DNA of 20,000 nt. It comes from an uncultured Gemmatimonadota bacterium. GTDB taxonomy: Bacteria > GCA-2686955. Where the stretch lies: positions 49,536 through 69,535 of the forward strand of contig CAZBBK010000027.1 in the NCBI GenBank assembly GCA_964490075.1. The letters are read 5' to 3'. A program made the translations under genes and the position numbers. Positions 8,157-16,314 of the stretch are shown here, piece after piece; the stretch's first letter is position 1; each line of letters starts with the position of its first letter. The notes beneath the pieces are model-generated. The model was not told the DNA's origin. It made no database searches and saw only the letters and a list, made by a program, of their open reading frames with translations.

Positions 8157-9731
8157 TCACGCAATCCGCGCGCGGTCGTCAACCGCGGCGCGCCGGGTCT
8201 GGTCGTCGCGGGCCAGAACGGCTCCAGGGATCTCGGCCAGGGGCACGCTCTCGCCCTCCCAACGGTAGAGCTGGGCGTGCACCCGGTCGTCCTGGTGCTC
8301 GATGATCAGGTGGGTGAAGGGCACGCCGTCGCCGGCCTCGCGGCCGTCGATCCAGGTGCCGGTGTTGAAATACCAACCGCCGTCTTCGAGGGGCACCTGC
8401 TGCGCGTCGTGGGTGTGACCGAAGACCACCAGGGGGACGCCGACCGATTCGCGGATCTTCTGCGCGGTCACGGGCAGCCAGCGGGCGGGATCGAGGTCGC
8501 GGCCGCCGCCGATCAGGCGAGCGCCGAGCAGCGCCGCGGCCAGCACGGCGGCGGCCAGGGGGGCGCCCCAGACGAAGGGCAGCACCAGCAGGGCGAGGGC
8601 GGCCAGGCCGGCGGCTCCGCCGAGCAGCAGCACGCGGTCGAGGCAGAGGGCGCGCAGCACTTCCAGGATCGACGCGGTGGCGGGGCGGCGGCGCAGGGCG
8701 TCGAGCTGCAGCACGACGTCGGCCGAGAGTCCGAAGCCCTCGGCGATCTCGTAGAGGCGGCGCAGGTGGGCGGCGCGGCGCTTGACACGGCCCTCGTGGC
8801 CGTACTGGCGCCACAGGCTGATCAGGCGCCAGGAGAGGAAGGCGTAGTGGTAGAAGATGCGCAGGCTGCGGCCGAAGCCCTGGTTGAGACTCCAGCCGAC
8901 GAAGCGCCGGATGCCCCAGTCGGTCTTGCCGTGCGGATCCATGTGCGGGTTGAGGTTGATGAAGTAGCGGACACTGGCGGCCGAGAGGTTGAGCTCGAGC
9001 TCCTCGTCGGAGTGGCCGGTGCGGGGGTCGAGGAAGGAATCCCAGGAGGAGCTGGCGTCGTACTGGTGGCCGTGCTCGACGTAGACCAGGCCCTGCTCGC
9101 AGTAGAACCAGGGGTAGAAGGTAATGCCCTGGTAGACGCGCTCGCGGGCGGCGGGGTCGACCAGCTCGGCGAGGCGGGCGCGGAACTGCTCCTGGACTTG
9201 CGGCCAGTGGAATTCGACGTCGTGGTTGCCGATCACGACGACCAGCTCGTTGTCGGCTTCGACAAAGCGGGCGAGGCGCTCGAAGACGCCGGGATGGCGC
9301 TCCAGGATCCGCTCCAGCTTGCGGTCGACGGCGCGCGGGCCGGTGCCGATGCCGAAGCGGCGCTCGTCGCGGCGGCCGAGGTCGGGGTCGTCGCACCAGT
9401 CCTCGGGGACCAGGTGGACGTGCATGAAGTCGACCATGTCGCCGTTGATGACCAGGCGCCAGGGGCGGTCGCCGCGACGGTGGGTGGCGTAGTGCTCGAG
9501 GAAGGCGCCGAGCTTGCGCTCGAGGGTCACCAGGCGGCGCAGGAAGGCGATGTTGCGCACCGGCTTGAGGTCTTCGCCGAGGTGTAGGTCGCTGATCACC
9601 AGGAGGTTGGCGGGGCGCGGGCCGGGGGGGGCGGCGGAGGCGCGGCGGATGCGGCGCCGCAGGCGGTGGGCGGCGCGGCGCACGAGCACGCTGATGCGGC
9701 GAGCGGTCGGGTTGGAGGCGGACCTGGGCAT
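8157..9731 (-). CDS. Calcineurin-like metallophosphoesterase with an inserted membrane hairpin
   Basis: All five motifs in order: SDLHLG, NGDMVD, GNHD, HGHQYD, FGHTH; two hydrophobic helices between motifs 4 and 5. Start placed at ATG 9731; the ORF-track extension to 10007 overlaps the divergent gene. Confidence 0.88.
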   Translation of the reverse strand: MPRSASNPTARRISVLVRRAAHRLRRRIRRASAAPPGPRPANLLVISDLHLGEDLKPVRNIAFLRRLVTLERKLGAFLEHYATHRRGDRPWRLVINGDMVDFMHVHLVPEDWCDDPDLGRRDERRFGIGTGPRAVDRKLERILERHPGVFERLARFVEADNELVVVIGNHDVEFHWPQVQEQFRARLAELVDPAARERVYQGITFYPWFYCEQGLVYVEHGHQYDASSSWDSFLDPRTGHSDEELELNLSAASVRYFINLNPHMDPHGKTDWGIRRFVGWSLNQGFGRSLRIFYHYAFLSWRLISLWRQYGHEGRVKRRAAHLRRLYEIAEGFGLSADVVLQLDALRRRPATASILEVLRALCLDRVLLLGGAAGLAALALLVLPFVWGAPLAAAVLAAALLGARLIGGGRDLDPARWLPVTAQKIRESVGVPLVVFGHTHDAQQVPLEDGGWYFNTGTWIDGREAGDGVPFTHLIIEHQDDRVHAQLYRWEGESVPLAEIPGAVLARDDQTRRAAVDDRARIA

Positions 9732-9873
9732 GGGGATCGAGCCGGCGGCGGGTGGTCGGCTGCGCGGAGGCTGTCTGAAAGCTAACATTGGGCGGACGAG
9801 GGCCGAATGCCAACCGGACATTTGAGAGAATCGGCCGGCGCGCAGGAATGCTCCGCCCGATGAGAGGGTCAAG

Positions 9874-10773
9874 ATGAGCCGAACGAAAAGGCACGAGGGG
9901 TTGCGGAAGGTCGGGCCGCTGCTGGCGCTGCTCTGTTTGGTGGGGTGCGAATCCGGATCGACGGGGGCGCGGGCGCCCGGCGGGGCGGCGCGGGCCGGGG
10001 GGGACACGGAGGGGGCGGCGGGCGGCGAGTGCCGGCGCCGGGCCGAGCCGGTGGCGGTGACGCTGAGGACGGACGACGGGGTGGCGCTGGCGGCCGACTA
10101 CTATCCGGGCGGGCGGCGCGGGGGGCCGGGAGTGGTGCTGCTGCACATGATCCCGCCGCACTGGACCCACAAGTCGTATCCGAGCGACTTCATCTTCGCG
10201 CTGGTGGAGGGCGGTTTCAGCGTGGTCAACGTCAACCGGCGCGGGGCACCGGGGTCGGAGGGGGTGGCCGAGGAGGCCTACCGGGGGGATTCGGGCTGGC
10301 TCGACGCCAAGGCCGGGCGAGATTGGCTGGTGGCGGCGGGCTGCGCGGTTCCGAGCGAGGCGGTGGCGATGATCGGTGCCTCCAACGGCACCACGACGGT
10401 GCTCGACTACGCACTGCGGGCGGCGCGCACCGGGGGGATCGATCCGCCGGCGGCGATGGTGCTGCTGAGCGGAGGCCGCTACACCGAGGCCCAGCAATCG
10501 CTCGAGGAGGCGCTTGGGGTGCTGGGCGGGGTGCCGGCGCTGGTGGCCTACCCGGCGGCGGAGCGGGAGTGGAACGAGCGGGCGCGGGGGCTGGCGCGCG
10601 GGGCCGGGGGGGACTGGCGCTTCGTGGAGCTCGACCCCGGGGACCATGGGACCAAGCTCTTCGCGAGCGATCCGGAGATCGCGGGGCGGATCGTGGGGTT
10701 TCTAGGGGGGGTTGTGGGCACCGCTACCAGATCACCCGCACCCCATAGTTCCCGAGCGCCGGATCGGCGCTGA
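9874..10773 (+). CDS. Alpha/beta-hydrolase lipoprotein
   Basis: Lipobox-like LVGC; LRTDDGVALAADYY; VVLLHM; nucleophile elbow IGASNG; catalytic His candidate in GDHGT; GAGG upstream of ATG. Confidence 0.85.
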   Translation: MSRTKRHEGLRKVGPLLALLCLVGCESGSTGARAPGGAARAGGDTEGAAGGECRRRAEPVAVTLRTDDGVALAADYYPGGRRGGPGVVLLHMIPPHWTHKSYPSDFIFALVEGGFSVVNVNRRGAPGSEGVAEEAYRGDSGWLDAKAGRDWLVAAGCAVPSEAVAMIGASNGTTTVLDYALRAARTGGIDPPAAMVLLSGGRYTEAQQSLEEALGVLGGVPALVAYPAAEREWNERARGLARGAGGDWRFVELDPGDHGTKLFASDPEIAGRIVGFLGGVVGTATRSPAPHSSRAPDRR

Positions 10774-11110
10774 TCAGCGGGATGGCTTCGACGATCGCTT
10801 GCGCGATCAGCAGGCGGTCGAAGGGGTCGCGATGGTGGATGGGGAGCGATTCCAGGGCGAGGGCGTGGGCGTCGGTCAGCGGCAGCGGGGTCAGCCCCAG
10901 CTGTTCGATGTGCCTTTCGAGGAAGTCGGGCAACGGCTTGGGCAGATGGAGCTTGCCGATGGAGGACTTGATCGCCAGCTCGGCGGTCGAGACGGGGCTC
11001 CACAGTAGGGTGGTGCCGAGATCCTCGAGGGTGGCGCGAGCGTCCGGCGCCAAGCGTTGCGACGCCGCGGCCGCCCACAGCATCACGTGGGTGTCGAGCA
11101 GGGCTCTCAT
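10724..11110 (-). CDS. vapC: PIN-domain ribonuclease toxin, VapC family
   Basis: LLDTHVMLW, SPVSTAELAIK..IGKL, HHRDPFDRLLIAQA, LISAD; 128 aa; ATGA overlap with the upstream antitoxin. Confidence 0.95.
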   Translation of the reverse strand: MRALLDTHVMLWAAAASQRLAPDARATLEDLGTTLLWSPVSTAELAIKSSIGKLHLPKPLPDFLERHIEQLGLTPLPLTDAHALALESLPIHHRDPFDRLLIAQAIVEAIPLISADPALGNYGVRVIW

Positions 11111-11361
11111 GGGGAGCGCGGATCGAGCGGAGATCGGTACCAGGCGGCCAATTCGTCGTCGCCGAGCGGGGCGAAGAGATCGCCGACCTCGTAGGCCCCA
11201 TCGTCGTAGCCGAGGCGCCTGCGCGCGGGCTTGCCGGCGTCGGGCACCAAGCGCGCGATCGGGTTTCCGCGGCGGGCGATGACGATCTCGGCGCCCGCCT
11301 CGACCTGCGCCAGCAGGCGGCTGAGCTGGGTCTTGGCCTGGTAGACGTTGACGATGAGCAT
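11107..11361 (-). CDS. Phd/YefM-family antitoxin
   Basis: VNVYQAKTQLSRLLAQVEAGAEIVIARRGNPIARLVP is the typical Phd N-terminus; 84 aa; directly upstream of vapC. Confidence 0.93.
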   Translation of the reverse strand: MLIVNVYQAKTQLSRLLAQVEAGAEIVIARRGNPIARLVPDAGKPARRRLGYDDGAYEVGDLFAPLGDDELAAWYRSPLDPRSP

Positions 11362-11416
11362 GGGGACAAGTTAGCCGACGGAGTGGATCTGGTCAAGTAC
11401 TGTAATGACTAGACCA
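11362..11416 (-). promoter_or_regulatory. Leaderless sigma70-type promoter with overlapping inverted repeat (candidate TA operator)
   Basis: Minus strand reads TTGACC (11396-11391), 17 nt, TAACTT (11373-11368), 6 nt, ATG (11361). TGGTCAAGT (11390-11398) and ACTAGACCA (11408-11416) form an 8/9 inverted repeat over the -35. Confidence 0.7.
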
Positions 11417-11483
11417 TCTCGAAGGGCCAGGGAAAGCCCCGGGGGGCCGGGTTCGGCGGCGACGGGCCCGCGCCTCCGGCCGG

Positions 11484-12077
11484 CTACCCCAGCGTGCGCT
11501 CGAGCAGGGCCTCGAACTCCTCCACCCGTTCGGGCTCCTCGAGGGCCTCGGCGATGTCGGCTACCAGGCGGCGGAGACGGTCGACGTTCATCTCGGCACC
11601 GTGAACCGCGAGCAGTCGCTCCACGTCGCCCCGATCTTGCGGCCGCCAGGCGACCGCCTTGTAGACGACGAGGTCTTCGGGCCGCACCATCGGCACCGTA
11701 GCTCCCGCCAGCGACACCTCGAGCGCCGCGGCGATCGCCTCTTCCTCGAAGGGGAGCCATGCGAGACTGAGGTCCACCTCGATGCCCGATGGACCGTGCC
11801 GCAGCAGGAGTACGTTGCTCCGCCCGGCGAACTCGATCGAGCGCTCGATTCGGGGAACGATGCCGTGCTTCCCGAACACCCGCAGCAGCACGGCCAGGTC
11901 TGTGCCGGTGCCGGCGACGGCGAGGTCGATGTCGCGCGTGACGCGTGGCACACCGTGGGCGATGGCGGCCATGCCTCCAATCACCATCCCGGGTCGGCCG
12001 GAGTCGCGCAACGCCGCGGCCACCGCGGCCAGCGCCGCCTCGGGCCCGGGCCGCGGACCCTCGGTGCGGGGACTCAC
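11484..12077 (-). CDS. Nucleotidyltransferase, MenT1/AbiEii-like (DUF2204/DUF6036-type); candidate toxin
   Basis: IGGMA...PRVTRDIDL (GG and DxD), EVDL, DLVVYK...RPQDRGD; start GTG 12077 gives a GTGA overlap with the upstream stop (alternative GTG at 12086). Confidence 0.85.
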   Translation of the reverse strand: MSPRTEGPRPGPEAALAAVAAALRDSGRPGMVIGGMAAIAHGVPRVTRDIDLAVAGTGTDLAVLLRVFGKHGIVPRIERSIEFAGRSNVLLLRHGPSGIEVDLSLAWLPFEEEAIAAALEVSLAGATVPMVRPEDLVVYKAVAWRPQDRGDVERLLAVHGAEMNVDRLRRLVADIAEALEEPERVEEFEALLERTLG

Positions 12078-12313
12078 CTGCGCCACCGCTCCCGCAGTCG
12101 GCGCCAGCTCTCTCCTGCCGCGGCGTCCTCGCGCAGTCGCACCGCATCGCGCGGGGCAGCGAACAGGGCGGGGCGCAGGGCACGGAGCGCGAGCGCCTCC
12201 TCGAGCTGCGCCGCGGGATTCGATCGCGCGCCACGCAGCGATCGCAGGCTCTCTCTCGCGGCCAGCTCCTGACCGGCGACGAACCGGGCCAGTGCTCGCG
12301 GATCGATGGTCAT
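12074..12313 (-). CDS. Small helical hypothetical protein (79 aa), candidate antitoxin of the nucleotidyltransferase
   Basis: Fills the gap between the FG-GAP gene and the NTase; own -10 box 6 nt before ATG; stop codon overlaps the NTase start. Confidence 0.7.
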   Translation of the reverse strand: MTIDPRALARFVAGQELAARESLRSLRGARSNPAAQLEEALALRALRPALFAAPRDAVRLREDAAAGESWRRLRERWRR

Positions 12314-12331
12314 GGGGTCATCTTACCCCAT
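12312..12331 (-). promoter_or_regulatory. -10 box TAAGAT inside a perfect palindrome ATGGGGT-N6-ACCCCAT covering the start codon
   Basis: Arms at 12312-12318 and 12325-12331; minus strand TAAGAT at 12325-12320, then 6 nt, then ATG at 12313. Confidence 0.6.
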
Positions 12332-12374
12332 ATTCCGCCACCTGATTCGTGACCGAGCCCTGCGGATCTTGCCA

Positions 12375-14018
12375 CTACTCCCCCTTCCGCACCACCACGA
12401 TGCGCCGCGCCACCAGATCGCGGCGCTCCTCGCGCGTGCCGTCGGGCCATACGATGATGAGCCGGTCGACGCGCTCGACTCCCGGGCCCAGGCCGAAGTG
12501 CAGGCGCGGGTCGTCCTGGCCGAGGAAGGTGGTGGGGCAGCGGGCCTCCGCGACCTGGCGGCGGCCGCCGGCTTCGACGATGACGCGGGCGCCGAACGCG
12601 TCGCGATTCCGGCGTCCGACCAGGTCGAGGGTGATCCAGCCGGGGTTGCCGGGGGAATCGTTGCGCAGCAGCACCGGGGTGTCGTGCAGGGTGGTGATGA
12701 AGAGGTCCTGGTCGCCGTCGTTGTCGTAGTCGCCGGCGACCGAGCAACGGCCGGTGCGAGAGGTGGTGAAGTAGGGGCCGGCGCGGGGGGCGGCGTTGGT
12801 GAATACACCTTTTCCGGAGTTGAGGGCGAGCAGGTCGGGCTGCGGAAGGGGGCTGGTGAGCCCGCCGGTGACGGTGAAGATGTCGAGGTCGCCGTCGCGG
12901 TCGACGTCGAGCAGATTGTGGCTCCAGCCTACGCAGTCGCGCGTCAGCTCGATCATGCCGCTTTCGCCGGCGCGGTCGCGGTAGCGGCCCGGGGCGACAC
13001 GGGTGAAGATCGATGCGGCCTGGTCGTCGGAAACGCTGACGTCGAGATGGCCGTCGCCGTCGAGATCGCCGAAGCCGATCGCCATGGCGGCGGAGGCGCG
13101 GCCGCCGGCGCCCAGAGCCAGGCCGACGCGCCGCCCCGCCTCGACGAAGCGACCGGCACCGTCGTTGAGGAAGACGAAGCTGGGGGTGGCATCGTTGAGC
13201 ACGTAGAGATCGGGATCGGTGTCGGAGTCGAGATCGGCGGCGGTGACGCTCATGGCGCGGCCGGCGAAGGCGCCGATGCCGGAGGGCCCGGTCACATCTT
13301 CGAAGCTGCCGTCGCCGCGATTGCGATAGAGGCGGTCGCGCTGGGCCGGCCAGGCCAGGGGACCCGGATAGGCGCCGGCGCGGAACTGAGCCGGGCGCCG
13401 GGGATCGAACTCGACGTAGTTGGCGACGTAGAGGTCGAGGTCGTGGTCGGCGTCGATGTCGAGGAACACGGCGCCGACGCCGCAGCCGGGGTCGGCGACG
13501 CCGGCGGTGCTGCTGATGTCGCGCAGGACGCCCTCGCCGGTGTTCTCGAAGAGGCGGTTGGGGCCGTCGTCGACCAGGTAGAGGTCGCGGTCGCCGTCGC
13601 CGTCGATGTCGGCCGCCGCCCAGGCCACGCCGCTGCCCCGGGGCGGCAGACCCCAGCGCGCGGTGGCGTCTTCGAAGCGGCCCTGGCCCAGGCTGCGGAA
13701 GGCGCGCAGGCCGCCGTGACGGGAGGGATCGGCGCCGGGATCGGGGGAGCGGGGGCCGGCGGCAAAGAGCAGGTCGAGCCAGCCGTCGCCGTCCAGGTCG
13801 ACGAAGGCGGCGCCGCCGCCGTTGCTGTCGACGATGTTGGTGAGACCGGCCGGCGGCAGGCGGTGGTGGGCGACGATGCCGGCGGCGGCGGTGACGTCGG
13901 TGAAGAGAATCTCGGGCTCGGGCGGAACGACCTCGCAACCGATCGCGAGCGGCAGCAGTGCGGCCAGCAGTGCGGCGCGGCGCGGTGGGCCGACCGGGGA
14001 TGGGGTGTCGGAGTCCAT
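12375..14018 (-). CDS. CRTAC1-like FG-GAP repeat lipoprotein with C-terminal ASPIC/UnbV domain
   Basis: Lipobox-like LAIGC; seven DxDxDGxxDL-type loops (DLDGDGWLDL, DIDGDGDRDL, DIDADHDLDL, DLDSDTDPDL, DLDGDGHLDV, DVDRDGDLDI, DYDNDGDQDL); DAFGARV...GQDDPRLHFGLG tail; ATG 14018 with TATCAT 9 nt upstream. Confidence 0.92.
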   Translation of the reverse strand: MDSDTPSPVGPPRRAALLAALLPLAIGCEVVPPEPEILFTDVTAAAGIVAHHRLPPAGLTNIVDSNGGGAAFVDLDGDGWLDLLFAAGPRSPDPGADPSRHGGLRAFRSLGQGRFEDATARWGLPPRGSGVAWAAADIDGDGDRDLYLVDDGPNRLFENTGEGVLRDISSTAGVADPGCGVGAVFLDIDADHDLDLYVANYVEFDPRRPAQFRAGAYPGPLAWPAQRDRLYRNRGDGSFEDVTGPSGIGAFAGRAMSVTAADLDSDTDPDLYVLNDATPSFVFLNDGAGRFVEAGRRVGLALGAGGRASAAMAIGFGDLDGDGHLDVSVSDDQAASIFTRVAPGRYRDRAGESGMIELTRDCVGWSHNLLDVDRDGDLDIFTVTGGLTSPLPQPDLLALNSGKGVFTNAAPRAGPYFTTSRTGRCSVAGDYDNDGDQDLFITTLHDTPVLLRNDSPGNPGWITLDLVGRRNRDAFGARVIVEAGGRRQVAEARCPTTFLGQDDPRLHFGLGPGVERVDRLIIVWPDGTREERRDLVARRIVVVRKGE

Positions 14019-14178
14019 GGCGAAGCCATGATAGCTGGATCGGGAGCTCCCGGATGGCCGACCGAGAGGATGTGTTCCGGTCGAATCGCATCGTCCGATT
14101 GGGTCTAGAAGAGCGGTTATCCTTGCTGCGAAGCGAACGATCGACGGGCCCGCCGCCCGCCGGTCCCCCCCCGAACCC

Positions 14179-16107
14179 ATGGGAGGCCCCATCGATGCCC
14201 GGGGTAGCATCTTGACCCTCTTGCGAGCGCTGATTCTCACCCTGGCGGCCGCTCTCGGCGCGGCCGGCGCACCGGCCGGCGGCGACCGGATCACGCCCGA
14301 GCTGCGCGCGCGGATGGCGCGAGGCGGCGACGCGCCGATCCCGATCTCGATCCGCATGGCCGAGCAGTTCGACGCCTCCGCCTTCCTCGAGACCTGGCGC
14401 GAGCGTCCCAAGCAGGAGCGGCGCCGAGCGCTGATCGAAGAGGCGTCGGCCTTCGCGGCGGCCCACCAGGAGGAGCTTCGAGAGCAGCTCGAGCGGGCAA
14501 GGCGGGCCGGCGACGCCGAGCGGGTGCGCCACCTGTGGATCGTCAACCTGGTGACGGCGCGGCTGCGCAGCCGCTGGATCGAGGAGATCGCGGCGCTGCC
14601 GGGCGTCGAGCGGGTGGGCTTCGACCCCCGCCCCAGCGCGGAGGCGATCGAGGACGCGGCGCCGCCTCCCGGACCGGCATCGGGACCGGGGCCGGGCCCC
14701 TTGGCGGAGGATGACGTCGGCTGGGGCGTGCGCCTGATCGGCGGGCCGCGGGTCTGGGATCTCGGCTTCGAGGGCCAGGGCGTGGTCATCGCCAACATCG
14801 ACTCAGGAACCGATCACACCCACCCCGACCTGGCCGGGCACATCTGGAACAACCCCCACGAGATCCCCGACAACGGAACCGACGACGAGCTCAACGGCTT
14901 CGTCGACGACGTGCTCGGCTGGGACTTCGACCACGACGACGCCACGCCCGAGGATTCGACCGGCCACGGCACCAAGACCGCCGGAGTCGCCTGCGGCGAC
15001 GGCACGCAAGGTCTGCGCACCGGAGTGGCGCCCAAGGCCGAGCTGATGATCCTGAAAGTGCGGCGCGAGACCGACCACATGGCGGCTCAGCAGTACGCGA
15101 TCGAGAACGGTGCCGATCTGATCACTTCGAGTGTCTCGTACAAGTGGTACTTCGATCCCCGGCCGGACTACCACAGCTTCCGCGACGCGTCGCAGATGCT
15201 GCTGGCGGCGGGGCTGATTCACGCCAACTCGCCCTCCAACGACAGCAACGATGTCGGCGTGCCCTGGAATATCGCCGCGCCGGCCCTCTGCCCGCCTCCC
15301 TGGCTGCACCCCGAGCAGTCGTGGAAGGGGGGACTGGGCGCGACGGTGGCCGTCGGCGGCCAGAAGCCGAGCGGCTGGCGCTACAATCCCACGCCCTTCG
15401 GACCGGCGACCTGGGAAGACATCACTCTCTATGATCCGCTCTATCCACACGCCCAGGACTCGCTGCACTGGGACTATCCCTTCGGCGGCGACTCGCTGGG
15501 GCTGATCAAGGTCGATCTGCTCTGCCCCACCACCTTGATCCCGTCGACGATCGTCGGCGGCGGCTACACCGAGACCTTCTCCGGTACCTCGGCCGCCACT
15601 CCGCATTTCGGCGGCGCCCTGGCGCTCTTGCTCTCGGCCGACCCATCGCTGACCCCGGGCCGCCTGCACAAGGCGATCCTGTCGAATACCATCGACCTGG
15701 GTCCTCCCGGCCTGGATCACAAGTACGGCGCCGGCCAGGTCGACGTGCACGATGCCGTGCTCGACGTGTTGACCAAACTGTCGCTGGATCGCTACGCCGC
15801 CGCTCCGGGCGACACGGTGTACGCGGTGCTGCAGGGTCCCGCCGACGCGCCCTACGAGGTCATGATCAGCGACCATCTCCTCAAGGCTTGGTATCGCGGC
15901 ACGGTGGTCGAAGTCGGCTACCCCCCCTATCCGCGAACCAACCCCGGCGTGCTCAACGCCGCCGGAAGCGACACTCTCATGCTGGTGGTGCCCGACGACC
16001 CGGACTTGTCGAGAAACATGTTCTACGTCCAGAGCATCACCGACGACACGGGTGGGCTGACCGGCCGCAACCTTGCTTCGCTCTACCAACTGCTGATGGT
16101 GGAGTAG
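14179..16107 (+). CDS. Secreted S8 family serine peptidase (subtilase) with propeptide and C-terminal beta-sandwich-like domain
   Basis: Catalytic triad motifs ANIDSG, GHGTKTAG, SGTSAATPH; NPHEIPDNGTDDELNGFVDDVLGWDF loop; signal peptide. True start may be a TTG at 14212 or 14221. Confidence 0.93.
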   Translation: MGGPIDARGSILTLLRALILTLAAALGAAGAPAGGDRITPELRARMARGGDAPIPISIRMAEQFDASAFLETWRERPKQERRRALIEEASAFAAAHQEELREQLERARRAGDAERVRHLWIVNLVTARLRSRWIEEIAALPGVERVGFDPRPSAEAIEDAAPPPGPASGPGPGPLAEDDVGWGVRLIGGPRVWDLGFEGQGVVIANIDSGTDHTHPDLAGHIWNNPHEIPDNGTDDELNGFVDDVLGWDFDHDDATPEDSTGHGTKTAGVACGDGTQGLRTGVAPKAELMILKVRRETDHMAAQQYAIENGADLITSSVSYKWYFDPRPDYHSFRDASQMLLAAGLIHANSPSNDSNDVGVPWNIAAPALCPPPWLHPEQSWKGGLGATVAVGGQKPSGWRYNPTPFGPATWEDITLYDPLYPHAQDSLHWDYPFGGDSLGLIKVDLLCPTTLIPSTIVGGGYTETFSGTSAATPHFGGALALLLSADPSLTPGRLHKAILSNTIDLGPPGLDHKYGAGQVDVHDAVLDVLTKLSLDRYAAAPGDTVYAVLQGPADAPYEVMISDHLLKAWYRGTVVEVGYPPYPRTNPGVLNAAGSDTLMLVVPDDPDLSRNMFYVQSITDDTGGLTGRNLASLYQLLMVE

Positions 16108-16314
16108 CGCCGGGCGGGGGCGCGCTCGCCTCGAGCCCAGCGCCCACGGAGCCGCACCATGCATTCGTGCCCGATCTCGATCCTGGCGACGTCGCTGGCC
16201 GGTAGTGCCTGGGCCTGGACCCCCGACATCCCGGAGCATCGCCGCGCTGATGTGGTGGGACGTGCGCGATGGCGACGATGCGGTGTTCGTCAAAGCAAAG
16301 CGCTAGACTCATCC

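Noticed and set aside
12700..13810. Recurring GTCGCCGTCG-like DNA repeats as an array or CRISPR
   Set aside because: They are codons of the FG-GAP DxDGDG loops; irregular spacing and no cas genes.
14019..14798. N-terminal extension of the FG-GAP ORF to 807 aa
   Set aside because: Overlaps the divergent S8 peptidase; the lipoprotein signal and -10 box point to a start at 14018.
16108..16314. Possible small gene, RNA, or N-terminal extension of the AlkP protein
   Set aside because: No recognisable motif or RNA family; signal peptide and -10 box support ATG 16315.
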